Assembly: GCF_018977255.1 (NCBI RefSeq)
Contig: NW_024704742.1
Coordinates: 17,610,001-17,674,000 of the forward strand
Direction of reading: 5' to 3'
Source of the DNA: Callorhinchus milii
Taxonomy: Eukaryota
DNA: 64,000 nt
Positions 11,867 through 23,591 of the stretch are shown in pieces. Within the stretch, counting starts at the first letter, position 1, and every line of letters begins with the position of its first letter. A program made the translations under genes and the position numbers. The notes beneath the pieces are model-generated. The model was not told where the DNA came from. It saw only the letters and a list, made by a program, of their open reading frames with translations, and ran no database searches.

Positions 11867-13059
11867 AAATAGGACTTTACTGTAACAACTTCCATTTATC
11901 TAACCTTTCATGCACAAATAAACATCAATGCAATACGATTTATATTTATAAAGTGCCTTCCATGTCCGGAGGATATCTCAAAGTACTTAACTGTGCTGAA
12001 TAGGCACCTGAGCTGGGGGTGGGGAGGGGAAGGATACCTGAAAGTTCCAGAGACTTCCAGAGTGGGGAGAGAGAACATCAGGAAGCATTTTGCAAGTATA
12101 ATTGATTGGAAACAAAGTGAATGTTGTTATATGAGCATTGTGAATAAGGTGGCCAATGAACATGACTGTTGCTGTTGTTAGGACTATTTATTTGGTTCTG
12201 CTACATTTCCAAGTGTCCAAAGTCATAACATCCATCCGCCCTCTTTGTTTGACTAATGTTGTCAGGCATCTATTATTGTTTTAAGAATAATTAGCCACTG
12301 TTTAATAGTAATAAGTCACTTGAATATTTGAGGGAGAGGAAAGTGATAAGAGCCCTAGGTTTGTAACATCTCTAGTGTGGACGGAACAAAAATAACATGA
12401 ATAAAATCTGCCTGAAGCCACATCTGGCAATATATTGTGCATCCATCGCTTTTCATTTATTCAAGATGTCTTAATTTTATGAATAGAGGTATTCAGTCCC
12501 AAAAGAAGCAGACATTAAGTCAGCCTCAAGTAATCGTTCATATCTCAAGTTACACAAATGTAATTATCTTGTTACATTTCAGCAGCCGATCACCTGTACT
12601 GAAGGGAAATTTGAGCCTTTCTAAAGGGCTGACTTTAAAACCTTTTGCCATTGTTTTTTATTGCTCTTTATGAAGTGTGCGGTTAGTGTTATAATTGCAA
12701 ACAGCTTAGGTATTTTGTCAAGCAGGCTGGAATGAGAGAAAACACAACAGAGCCAGACCTTGTTGACCCAAATGTTTTATTTGGTGAGCACGGGGCACCA
12801 GCATGGTTTATTTGGTGGACACTGGCTTTAATTGCATAATCTCTCCCTCGTCACTCTCCCCCTCCACTGGATTTTAAAATGTCATAGGAAAGAATGTGGA
12901 AGAACTACGCATTTTTTACACATGTGAAAAAACTCCAGTGCCTCTTGAGAACATTGGGACGACAAATGCTGCAGCTCAGTCTGACAAGACTACTTAAAAC
13001 TGTTGATTTTTCTCCTGCTCCCCCTCCCACGCTCTTTTTTATAATACAATGTTGTCTCT

Positions 13060-13830
13060 TAGTCAGAAATTTGGGGTTCAAGTTAGGACTTTGAGCTCCT
13101 GGACTAAGCAGACACTACAGTATTGGATGTATTATGTGCTATATTATCACAGGTACCGTATCCTTCAGGTGAGCGAGATGACCAAGGTTCTGTCTGCCTG
13201 TTCGGGAGATCATTAACAATCCCGTGGCACTGCTCAAAAAGAGAAGAGAGTTTCTCCTGGTGCCCTGGCTAACAATGCACCACTTCACAAGATCACAAAA
13301 TTGCTCGGGATGAAGAAGGCTCTTGGCCAATTCAGTCTCATCCCTCCAGAACACCTACCCTACTGTCCCCCATCACTGCATCAAGCCGCTTTTTAAATGA
13401 GTCCAGTGTCCTGGCCTCTATCACCATTCATGGCAACACGTGTAAAGAAAAACTTCCTGGTATCTGTCCTCAAATTGCCTTTTACAAATTAAAATCTCTA
13501 TCCTCCTTTTCTACTGTGTTGATGCATCCTAAAGTATTGACCTTGGGTTTCTATTTCAATCCCATTAAAAATGTTTTACCTCTTTATGAGATCCGCTCTG
13601 AGTCCCTCAAGCCTGAGGAGCCCAAGCTTGTCTAATAATTGCATAAGATTGGTCTTTCACTTTATAACTGTTTGTGGGACATTGTTACGTACAAATCTAC
13701 TGCAGTGTTCCCCTACAAATACACTATACAAATATTCATTACACTTTACAGTAAAATGTTCTGAAGTGCTTTAAGATATTTTGATCGCATGCTAAGGCAT
13801 TATATCAAATGCAAAAATGATTTTATTCCT
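13060..13830 (+). mobile_element. SacSINE1-like DeuSINE split by a CR1 insertion
   Basis: 5' half 13060-13280 (AGTCAGAA...GGGTTCAAG...ATCCCGTGGCACTGCTC...CCTGGTGCCCTGGC). 3' half resumes at about 13645 (ATTGGTCTTTCACTT...TGTTTGTGGGACATTG...TATATCAAATGCAA). Confidence 0.8.
13283..13636 (-). mobile_element. CR1 3' fragment nested in the SINE
   Basis: CACAAGATCACAA tail, GCATCAAGCCGCTTTTTAAATGAGTCCAGTGTCCTGGCCTC and GTGTAAAGAAAAACTTCCT; reverse complement of the family at 58400-58660 and 62480-62625. Confidence 0.8.
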
Positions 13831-14349
13831 TTATTTAGCTCTAAGTGTTTTTTGTAAAATAGCCTTATCTTGTAAAATTAAGCCATCTTTTTTTTTTTAA
13901 TTGTTGATATGTTATGTGTTGCTATATTGTAATACACATTTGAGCTGTCAATGAGCTGTCAGGGTGGGTGTAGCCAGAATCCCAGGCAAGTCTGACAGCA
14001 GCCTGGATCACTACCCCTCCGGCATTCCTAAATGACAGCTCTGACGTCAAATGGATCCAACAGAACACTTTACAGAACAGAATCTCAGCAATGAAAGAAA
14101 TGTGAAGATTGATTTTTTTATTTCCAAGGTTGGACTGATATTAAATTAAGTGTGTCGTAAATGAAAGAAGAGAGTGCAGTTTTATTAGAATCATGGAAAT
14201 CTTAGCTCACAGGGAGACCATTCGACCCATTGTGCCTGTGTTATGCTGGCTGTCTTGTTTTGGGAAAGGGCAGGTAAATGGGACTGAAACAATTGCTTCG
14301 AAAGTATTAAAAGAGCCAACACACGCAATGTAAATTGCTATGATTGTGG

Positions 14350-14650
14350 GTTGGAGCCCGACATCTGGACTTGAGCTCAGACTTTGGTCTGATATTCCAG
14401 TGTATAACGAGGGAGATAATGCTGTCAGATAAGATGTCAAATCGCTGCTTGTTCAAGTGAAGGTTAAAAATTCCCATGACGTTATTGTAATAGAGAAGGG
14501 AGTTTCTCCTGGTGTCCTGGCCAACAATCGACCAGATAAAATTGGTCACTCAATGGCTGTTGGAGGAAGTATGAAGATGTAAATGGTTGCCATGTACGCT
14601 TAGAAAAACAGTCACTGTACTCAACAGTAAGTACTTGTTAAGTGCTTTTT
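14350..14650 (+). mobile_element. SacSINE1-like DeuSINE, old
   Basis: GACTTGAGCTC...TTCCCATGAC...AGAAGGGAGTTTCTCCTGGTGTCCTGGCCAAC...ATAAAATTGGTCAC. Confidence 0.75.
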
Positions 14651-15214
14651 AACTATGATGCATTCTTTACTTTGTTTCTGGTAACAGTCTTTGCATTTTT
14701 AAGTCCATCACATCCATAGCAATTAAAATATCCTCAGGGGTTGCAGATGTATCTTGGCTTTCTACCATTGCCTATGCACTATATTTTCGATGCCTTCAAA
14801 AAATGATGTTGATTTACACAGATTTGCAAAATGATTTATTTTCCTGCACTTTTTTCAGTTTCTTCCCCTGGGCAGCAATTACAGCAGTGCTGGTCTCCAC
14901 AGCTGCCAGCATTTGTTCATGCAACATTCCTTTTAGGTAGTTTCTCATTTTATAATCCAGCAGCTTTGCCCGGTGATTTTTGGTGAGATTTGATGGTCTG
15001 GCTAGATACTTCAGAGCAAACTGAATGACAAATATTTCAGAGTTCCAGGTTTACTTCATTGTGTTTGAATTTGTGGGCTTGCAAATTTGCTTGCCTAAAA
15101 TTACAGTTATTAGACTTGACAGTAGATCCTGTGAAGCGCTTTGAGGCATCCTCCAGACATGAAAGGTGTTTTGGCAAATGCTATCATTATTCTGGTTGAA
15201 GATTATTATAATCT

Positions 15215-15428
15215 GCGCTTTCAGCCACTACGGCCCCAAACTTCCTCTTTCCTTCTACCTTGCTCCCTGCTTCCCCATTTTCAGGTCGTGCCTGAAGACC
15301 TTCCTTTTTGACTGTGCTTATAGAAACATCCCTCCTCCCTCTGGCTCAGCAGCATGCTCCGCCATCGTCAAGCACTCTGGGATGCTACCCTGCATGAGGG
15401 GCGTTATATAAATGCAAGTTGTTGTTAT
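15215..15428 (+). mobile_element. L2 LINE 3' end (short-UTR subfamily)
   Basis: GCTTTCAGCCACTACGGCCCC...CCTGAAGACCTTCCTTTTTGAC...GGGCGTTATATAAATGCAAGTTGTTGTT. Confidence 0.85.
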
Positions 15429-17190
15429 TCTATTATACTCATGAAATATACAGGTACAATGAGCTATATTTGTGCATTGATAGTTTTCATATAATTATAG
15501 AATTTGAAATAGAAGGATGCCATTTGGTCTATTGTGTCAGGTGTTGGCACTGAAAGAACTATTCATTTACTAACAATCCCCTGCCCTTCGATTGATTTTT
15601 ACATCCGGTTATCAAGTTGGAACAGTTGTTGTATGCTAACTTTATAAAAGCCTTTTATAATTTTAAACACTGTTAATCCTGCAAGCCAAAGCCCTAAAGG
15701 TATGATGGTCCTAGCTGGACAAGCAGTAGGAGTATCCAAACAAGGCTGAGAATTCCACGTGTGTATGTATTAAGATCCTTGCTGCTGTAGTACTGAATAA
15801 GATATAGGACACATGGAACAAAGGCAAATTTGTCAAAAAATTGACTATATCCCATGCTCTCTAAAGTTTGCCCCCACATCTCCAACGTTGTTTCAGTTTT
15901 CCATATAGCCCAACTTTAGTGAGTCATTGAGCGAGATTGCTCACTTAATGCAGAAGACCAGGTGGTTTGGTGCTGAATCCTCGCTGCTACTGGGAACTGG
16001 GTTGAAACTGACAAAATTCATTTTAAATAACCTGTATCAGTTGATAGATAAAGAGAAGATTTGCATCTCATTTGGCTGGGAGTGTAGGAAACCAAGTAGC
16101 ATTGGTTAAAGCTTAAATTTTTTCATCCACTGAGCTTGCAGGCCTACTGTCTTAGAATTTGACTGCTGTTTGCCAATGCAAAAGGACACACTCCCTGCAG
16201 AATGAGCCAGGGAGGCACAGACAAAGCAGCACAGTTCAGGAAGCAGCAGTGAATTACAGTGCCTTATTTGTGAGCAAGATAAAAACACAGTGAGGGCCAG
16301 TTGACCCCCGGATCTCAGACACTTCCTCCTCCAGCCTCTCCACACTACTCTGCTCTCCATGATATTTGTACTTTTCCCATTGAAAGTGGGGTTTAAATAC
16401 AGCTCCACGTCCTGGCAGCAATTCTCATTTAATTGCATTTATTGAACCGGATCAAAACTATCTTCTGAAAACAATTTCTGATTGACAATAATCCTATTGT
16501 CAGATTTTGACTCTGTCACTTGACAGAGTCGAGTTGCCATCCTTTGTGAAAGGTGCTTTATAAATGCAGGTTGTTGTAAGACGTAAAAAACACAGTTAAC
16601 ATGTTAACGTTTTGTCACAAAAGAATATACGGCATCACTGCCTAAACCCTTTTACTCGAGGACCATTTGAGAGACATCATTTCCAGCAGAGACGTCTCAA
16701 ACTGAGACGTCGTTGTCTTAAAAAAGTAGACTGTGGTTGGTCAGGGTTTCATTTGTTCAGTTAGTTTCATTCAGGTAATCATGATTGATTTTATTAGTTT
16801 ATAGAATTCAGGCTAATGGGTCCACAGTTTTCACACGCATGTCTCTGTCAGGTTTCTTGAAATGGAAAGCACATTTGGTTGCTCTCAGGCTGCCAGAACC
16901 AACCAGTATTCACTGCGTGCACTAATCAGCAGTCAGCGCTTCACGAATCTCTTCCCTTGTCGCTTAAGTACCTGGAGGTATAGTTCAATCCTCCCATGGG
17001 ATTTATTTCCTAGCCTTTGGGGTTTGAGTTTATAAAAGGAATATCCCATTGTAAGTGAACACCACACAGGTTGTTACATTTACTTGCACAAAGTGAATCC
17101 ACTCCCAGGGCTTTTCAGGCTTCACTAAAAGTACACAAAATACTAAAAAGGTTAACAACTGCTGATACACACACAGTGGAGCTATACTCT

Positions 17191-17233
17191 GTTATTATTA
17201 TTATTATTATTATTATGATTATTATTATTATTA
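17191..17233. repeat. (ATT)n microsatellite
   Basis: About 14 ATT units; source of the poly-Ile ORFs. Confidence 0.95.
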
Positions 17234-17529
17234 TGTTACACAGCATTTTCTTTTTACATGATTTGATGCTGGATCTGCTGTTGGTTGCACCAGCAGCATT
17301 CATTTGTCAGTGAATGAAGAAAGCGTTAAATAGTTATTAAAGTGTAGTTAATAACTAAAATAGTTATTATATAGTGTAAGAAGTTTTTCCAGGAATTATT
17401 AATATCAGTTGCCTGACTGATTTTATTTCAACATTGATTTAAACAGGATTATTCAAAATATGAGGTTGTCAATCATGAAGGAGATACAACAACAACAACA
17501 AATTACAAATTACATTTGGTCAGGTACCA

Positions 17530-17940
17530 CTGTCTATTGCCTGTCCACTGGCACCATTCCCACCCCCTTAAAAACAGCCATCGCCACCCCTATCCTCAAA
17601 AGTCCTTCCCTGGACCCATTCCTGCTCTCCAACTACCCCCCTATCTCCAACCTCCCTTTCCTTTCCAAGGTCCTGGAACGAGTCATTGCTTCGCAGCTTC
17701 GCTCCTTCCTCTCCCGTCACTCCCTCAATGAACTCCTCCAATCGGGTTTCCGTGCTGCCCACAGAATTGAAACAGCCCGAGTCAAAGTGACAAATGATAG
17801 TTTGTCCATCTGTGACCAGGGCTCCCTATGTCTCATCGTCCTCCTTGATCTCTCTGCTGCCTTTGACACCATTGATCACTCCATCCTCCTCCATCGCCTC
17901 TTCTCTCACCTCAACCTTTATGGTTCTGTCTTTGACTGAT
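17530..17940 (+). mobile_element. L2 LINE internal RT fragment
   Basis: ORF 17460-17939: KTAIATPILKSPSLDP...NYPPISNLPFLSKVLERVIA...LQSGFRAAHRIETARVKVTND...VLLDLSAAFDTIDHSILL, the N-terminal RT motifs of L2 ORF2. Confidence 0.95.
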
Positions 17941-18559
17941 TCTTGCAAGCGAGACACCTGGCTTCAATTCCAGGCAGGGCAAAACCTTGGGCAAGTTTTC
18001 TTGCTCCACACGCCTAATAATAATAATAATAATAATAATAATCCTTGCATTTGATATAGCGCTTTTCACATCGGGAGGACGTCCCAAAGCGCTTCACAGA
18101 ACACACTGTAAAGTGAATTGACTGTATATTTGTGGGCGAATGCGGCAGCCAATTGCGCATAGCAATGTCCCACAAACAGTCGTAGATTGAAAATGACCAA
18201 TTTATTATTGTTTTGGGTTTTGGAGGGATTATTATTAGGCTCTGTGTGGAGTAAGGAAACTTGCCCAAAGTTTTGCCCTGTCTGGAATTGAACTCAGATC
18301 TCTCGCTTGCAAAGCGAGTGCTCTAACCACTGAGCTACAGGACTCCACGCCTCCCTCCCTCCAAAGAAACAAAAACAATAATAAATTGGTCGCTCTCAAT
18401 CCACGACTATTTGTGGGACACTGCTGTGCACAATTGGCTGCCGCATTTCGCCCACAAATATACATTCAATTCACTTTACAGTCTATTCTGTGAAGCACTT
18501 TGAGACGTCGAGAAGACGTGAAAAGCACTATATCAAATGCAAGGATTATTATTATTATT
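17941..18559 (+). mobile_element. tRNA-Ala/CORE/Deu SINE host copy, interrupted at about 18015 by an antisense copy
   Basis: Head remnant TTGCAAGCGAGACACC...CCTTGGGCAAGTT...CCACACGCCT at 17941-18015. Continues at about 18353 (CCCTCCAAAG...AATTGGTC...) to AAGGATTATTATT at 18559. Confidence 0.9.
18016..18348 (-). mobile_element. Young full-length tRNA-Ala/CORE/Deu SINE (short subfamily)
   Basis: rc: GTGGAGTCCTGTAGCTCAGTGGTTAGAGCACTCGCTTTGCAAGCGAGAGATCTGAGTTCAATTCC (A box, anticodon arm, B box)...GCGCTTTGGGACGTCCTCCCGATGTGAAAAGCGCTATATCAAATGCAAGG(ATT)n. Nearly identical to 23980-24302. Confidence 0.95.
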
Positions 18560-18650
18560 CAGATCCTGCAAACGGCTTCTCCTCCAGCTCCCAAGTGGGG
18601 CTTTTTGTGGGACATCTCAGATCCTCTAACAGAGAGGAGGAATTTTTTTT

Positions 18651-18750
18651 GGTCAGCCGGGTGTCTGACACATGCAGAAACCCATCACCATGCTTAAAAG
18701 TGTCCAAACTGAGAATTCCATGCATCCCACCTACACATGGAAATTCACCA
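18651..18750. repeat. Family X copy 2
   Basis: GGTCAGCCGGGTGTCTGACACATGCAGAAACCCATCACCATGCTTAAAAGTGTCCAAAC...ATCCCACCTACACATGGAAATT. Confidence 0.7.
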
Positions 18751-19489
18751 ACTCACTGTTAGAGCCTTTATAATGACTGTTGGAAACAGTGATTCTTACT
18801 GCTATATGATGCTTATATATATGTGTATGTGTGTCTATACATATATATATATATATTTATTAGTGCTTATTTTGGTGATAACAAATTCCTTGAGCATTAT
18901 ATATATATATATACATTAGAAGTAGATCATTAATTTCCCACCCTCTTACACGTATTGCAAACTCCTTTACAACGTAAGCCTTATAGTTATGCACTTCAAT
19001 AATCTTATGGCTATGTGGGCATCTTCTATGTGTATAGAAGATTTATTCTGCATCTTCTTTGTGAATTGGAGTTGTGTGACCTCATCCCTACAGTAAAGAA
19101 AAGCAGTGCAGGTTATAGTGTCTGCGAAATCCTACTTTATTTTTACCACTTGCTGGGTTAAGAGGTCTGTTCAACAAAGGCTGTGACTTGACTTGTGCAC
19201 TCTGCGCACATCATCCTGTCAGCCTGTGGGAGGGAGAGGTGTGAAGAGCGGACGGATTGCTTCTGTGACCTGCAGTGATTGTCTTGAGCTATTTGTTGAT
19301 GGAGGTTGAAATTTGCAGCGAGGAAATGTCACGTTCGTCACTGCTCGCGCCTGTCGCGTTTGTTATGTTGGCTGGGGAAATGTCAGCACCCATATGGCTT
19401 TGTGTTAATTGCCACATGATGAAAAAATCAGCTTCACTGAGGAGAAAATGCAATTGTCCATGTGCACACGTCACACATTTCACAATGGA

Positions 19490-19670
19490 TCAATAAAGTT
19501 GGTCATTCACTTCCTAGCTGTTTGTGGGACGTTGCTGTGCACAAAATGTCTGCCACGTTCGTCGACAAATACACATTCACTCCACTTTATGGAAAATTTA
19601 GTGAAGCGCTGTGAGACATTTTCACATAATGAGCACTGTATCAGATGTATGGGTTTTTAAAAATTATTAT
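19490..19670 (+). mobile_element. DeuSINE 3' half
   Basis: TTGGTCATTCACTTCCTAGCTGTTTGTGGGACGTTGCTGTGCACAAA...GTGAAGCGCTGTGAGACA. Confidence 0.8.
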
Positions 19671-19824
19671 AACCCTACATTGTAAATAGGGGCAGGATCC
19701 AGTCACCATCAGCAAAAGACCAATTCATAAAAGATTCCACTGAATCAGGTTCAGTGGACTGCTTCTGAAGTACCATACTATGTAGACATGGTACAGAGCA
19801 TCCAACCCAACAACAAATTGTACT

Positions 19825-20135
19825 TAATCCTTACATTTTATATAGCATGTTGGGAGAATATCTCAAAGGGCTTCACAGCGAAATGGAGTGACTGTGTATG
19901 TTGTGGGGGAACATAGCAGCCAATTTGCACACCGTAGTATCCCAAAAATAACCATGAAATGAATGACCATTTGTATGTCCTCGATCCTGGGAAAAACTCC
20001 CTTCTCTTTTCGAAGTTTCCCATGGGATCATTAACGTCCACCTGAACAGGCAGACAGGACTTCAATTTAAAATCTCATCTGAAGGATGGCACATACAACA
20101 ATGCAACACACCCATGGCACTGTATTGCAGAGTCA
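19825..20135 (-). mobile_element. SacSINE1-like DeuSINE
   Basis: AATCCTTACATTTTATATAGC tail, GCAGCCAATTTGCAC and CCATGGGATCATTAACGTCCACCTGAACAGGCAGAC. Confidence 0.85.
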
Positions 20136-20140
20136 GTATT

Positions 20141-20505
20141 ATAATAATAATATACCTTGCATTAGTTACAGCGCCTTATCACGTCTTCGAGACATCTCAA
20201 AACGCTTCACAGAATATACTGTAAAGGGAATTGAATGTATATTTTGTGGGTAAAATGCAGCAGCCAATTGTGCACAGCAGTGTCCCGCAAACAGTCGTGG
20301 ATTGAAGTGACCAAATTTTTAAATTTTTTTGAAGGAATTATTACCCTCAGAAAAGCCATCCACTAATTGACTAACAACCAGGTTCCGACTTACTGCTAGG
20401 TAAACAGAAGCATGTGGAGTAAGGAAATTTGCCCAACGTTTGGGGAATCAAACCCAGGTCTCTTGCATGTGAGACGAGTGCTCTAACCACTGAGCTACAG
20501 GACGC
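20141..20505 (-). mobile_element. Full-length tRNA-Ala/CORE/Deu SINE (long subfamily)
   Basis: rc head GTCCTGTAGCTCAGTGGTTAGAGCACTCG; retains the CTGTTTACCTAGCAGTAAG segment; tail stem-loop GATGTCTCGAAGACGTGATAAGGCGC. Confidence 0.92.
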
Positions 20506-21300
20506 AATGGTATTGAAAATAAGAATTCCAGGTTTAAGTTTAAGTCAAATTTAAGTGCTAGGTTAAAGAGTAAAACAGGTGTTCCTTGCCTCTTCAGGAC
20601 ATTTCTGGTGAACCATCGTTCCTTTGGTTACAGACAGTCTTGTTTCTGACATGGAACTTGGTCTCCACTGTAATTCACTGCTGTCACTGTTGTTGTAGGC
20701 AATTTTTGTGTAGTTCCATTGTCTACAATGGAGTATTTTTAAATATAATAAACAGTCGACATATAGGATTTTTTTTCTTTTGTGGGGGGAAAGGGCGTTG
20801 TCATGATGTTCACCTCATTTTTTCAAAGTTCGTACAAGATATTTTGACGAGCTTTTCTTTGTCTTTATTGACTGCAAGGTGAGTGAAGCTCACTGAGTTC
20901 TTATAATGCTATCACCTTGGACCAGGTAGGATTGCTTATCTTTCAAACTGAATAAGTAGTCCCCGGTGACACGAAGCTCACTGGGATGTAAAGGATATTC
21001 CTACCAGGAAAGAATGGAGGAGAGTTGCTATGTGTACCTGATCTACCTTAGTTTCCAATCTTGTTGTCGCTTTTCTTTGTCAATTTGATGGCGCTATCTA
21101 TCAAATGAAGCCTTATTGTTATTTCTGAATGCTTAATTTCACCTTGGACACTACTTAAGAAGATTAACAGCCGCAATGCATGTTCCGACAGTTGGGCATT
21201 GAAGTAATTGTCACGAGGGTGTCCTTGTGTCATTCTTCCTCATTGTACTGTTGTTCACCGTTATGGGTTGGCCAATCATTGCCAAAAATGTTTGTGGGCA

Positions 21301-21316
21301 AGCGCCCTCTAGTGGA
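21301..21316 (-). promoter_or_regulatory. Candidate CTCF binding site
   Basis: rc TCCACTAGAGGGCGCT matches the CTCF core CCACYAGRKGGCRC, CpG retained, in non-repetitive DNA. Motif only, no binding data. Confidence 0.6.
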
Positions 21317-22247
21317 ATTCTGGTGAATTTGCAATTAAGTTTAATTCAGCAAAAGAGCCTCTGGGGTCCCCGCAAAAGAGGCTTGAGTACCTCAAGATGA
21401 TTCATAAAGAGATCCCTAGGTTTAGACATCATACTTTTGTTGGGACAGAAGCCTAGTGCTTCAAGTGTGGACTTTGCATTCGACAATCTTTGAGCCTGAA
21501 TACAAAGGGGGTAAAAAGGTCCATTTCAACATGCTATTATGATGAGGAATTTGCTTGTTTTGCCTAAGACTGCACAGCCACTACACATTACAGTAGTGGC
21601 TGTACTGTAATAACACACTTTGAGGTGACCTCCCCATGTGAAACGTGCTATATCAATTGCAAGGATTATTATTGCTATCCAAGAATGTATCTTTTTAAAA
21701 CTAAAAGCTTTGAGCCAAGGATACAAGCAGTGGGCCATGTGAAATTTCCTTGGTGCAATGCAGGGTTCCAGGTGTTGGAGCTCCAGGTATTTGTCCTCAG
21801 AACTGTCTTATGTAAAGAAACAAGTCTTTTGAGTTCTCACTGTGTGATCTCCTGACGTAGGAAGACACCTCTTTACTGTAGCAGCCACTGCATCGTCAGC
21901 AGCAAGAGCAACCGGTAAATCAATCTCTTTCTGAAACAAACCCAGAACCATTGTCAAGGCTAATGTCCTCCTGACGTGAAAGGCGCTTTATAAATGGAAT
22001 CTTGTTGTTGTTGTTGTTGTAATGTCAATGTAGAATTAAACCCTGAGATTAGCAAGAAGGCCAATGTTGATTTTATCGTCTGTTTGTAAATGTTGGATTT
22101 GGGTCTAGGTGCTTTGTAGAAGAATCAAGAGCTACAAGCAAATTGAACCAGGGCTGGGTGAGGTCTTTGATAGGATCATGAATGAAAGCTGCCAAGTCCT
22201 TTGGCTGGACAAAGAATCAGAGTGAAGCTTGCTTCTTTGGCAGACAT

Positions 22248-22750
22248 ACACAACAACAACTTTCATTTATAAAGCGCCCTTCACGCCAGACGATGTCTCT
22301 GAGCGCTTAACAATGGCAGAGGCCGATGCTGAGCCAGTGGGAGGGGGAAGGTGACCATAGGCACCGTTGAAGAGGAAGGTCTTCAAGCACAAACTGAAAT
22401 TGGTGAGAGAGGGGGCAAGGCGAAGGGATTGAGAGAGAGTTCCACAGCTTCTGGGATTAGTGGCTGAAAGCATGACCACCGATGATGGGGCGGATGGTCG
22501 GGGGGACAAGGAGGAGGCCGGAGCCAGTCGAGCGGAAGCAGCGGGTAGTAGTGTAGCGAGGCAGGCAGTTGAGTAGTCGAGGTAGGAGGTGACAAAGGCA
22601 TGGATGTGGGTTTTCGGCAGCTTTTGGGTGAGGTAGGCCGGAGACCAATTGTGGGTAAAGAAGGATAGCTGGGGATCGAACCTGACCCTACATTGTGTAT
22701 CAGTTCAGTGAATCTTAGGGAGAGATTGGGTAGGTTGAGGATCCACTTTG
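22248..22750 (-). mobile_element. L2 LINE 3' fragment with internal deletions
   Basis: (CAA)n TTTCATTTATAAAGCGCCC tail. ORF pieces RSTGSGLLLVPPTIRPIIGGHAFSH and LSQSLRLAPSLTNFSLCLKTFLF. Confidence 0.9.
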
Positions 22751-23316
22751 GCAGAATCCAATACCAAACAAAATCCTTCATCTTGCCTTGCTCACTTCAA
22801 ATCACCCTATTCTTAAAAGGGAACACCTGTTATTGAAGATAAATTGCCGTAAGGAGTTGCTATATTCCTAATGATAGTTTTGCTAGGAATTTGCCAAAGA
22901 CTAAATAGAATGTAATTTCAAAACATTGTTGATGAGAACAAATCATACAGAGCGTAACTACCATTTATCACATTTGATTTATCTTGATAACGGGTTGTTA
23001 TATAAAGGAAATATCACTCTTACACAGTCATTATGCATTATACAGTTTCACATTGAAGGATTTTCTTTTACCTTCTAGAGTTTCTCAAGCTACTTCCTGA
23101 TGGTTTTTGACCCACACCTGGTAATACAAGACGTTGGGAAATCAAATACACTGCAACCTGCATATTGTATTCACCCTAGGGATTAGATAAAATAGACAGA
23201 CAGGTGAATAACGCAGTGAGAGTCTCAGTCACAGCCTGCAACAGCCACTCAATTCTACAGTCACCATCTATGGAAAATAAAAATGCTGTTGAAATAGATG
23301 TGCACCTTAAATGTTC

Positions 23317-23545
23317 AACAATAACAACTTTATATTGCGCCCTTTACATGGGGAGCATTTTGGAGCCTTAATGGCATAGCTTGATGATGACCCGGGGAAA
23401 AAGGGGAGGTGACTGTAAGCACAATTGAAGAGGAAAGTTTTAAGGTGTCATCTAAAGATGAACAAAGAGGGGACAAAGCGGAGGGATTGAAGTAGGGAAT
23501 TCCAGAGGTTTGGGGCATAGTGGCTGAAAGCATGGGCACTGATGT
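23317..23545 (-). mobile_element. L2 LINE 3' end
   Basis: CAACAATAACAACTTTATATTGCGCCC tail and GGGAATTCCAGAGGTTTGGGGCATAGTGGCTGAAAGC. Confidence 0.85.
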
Positions 23546-23591
23546 TTCAGAAGTCACTTTTGAATCACAGTAATATTGGTTTGAATTATTT

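Noticed and set aside
17071..17313. Poly-Ile membrane peptide ORFs
   Set aside because: They arise from the (ATT)n microsatellite.
20876..20884. Consensus splice donor AAG|GTGAGT (also a minus-strand donor at about 62303 and an acceptor-like site at about 60715)
   Set aside because: No matching partner site with a recognisable coding frame; such matches are expected by chance in 64 kb. Short real exons cannot be excluded without RNA-seq.
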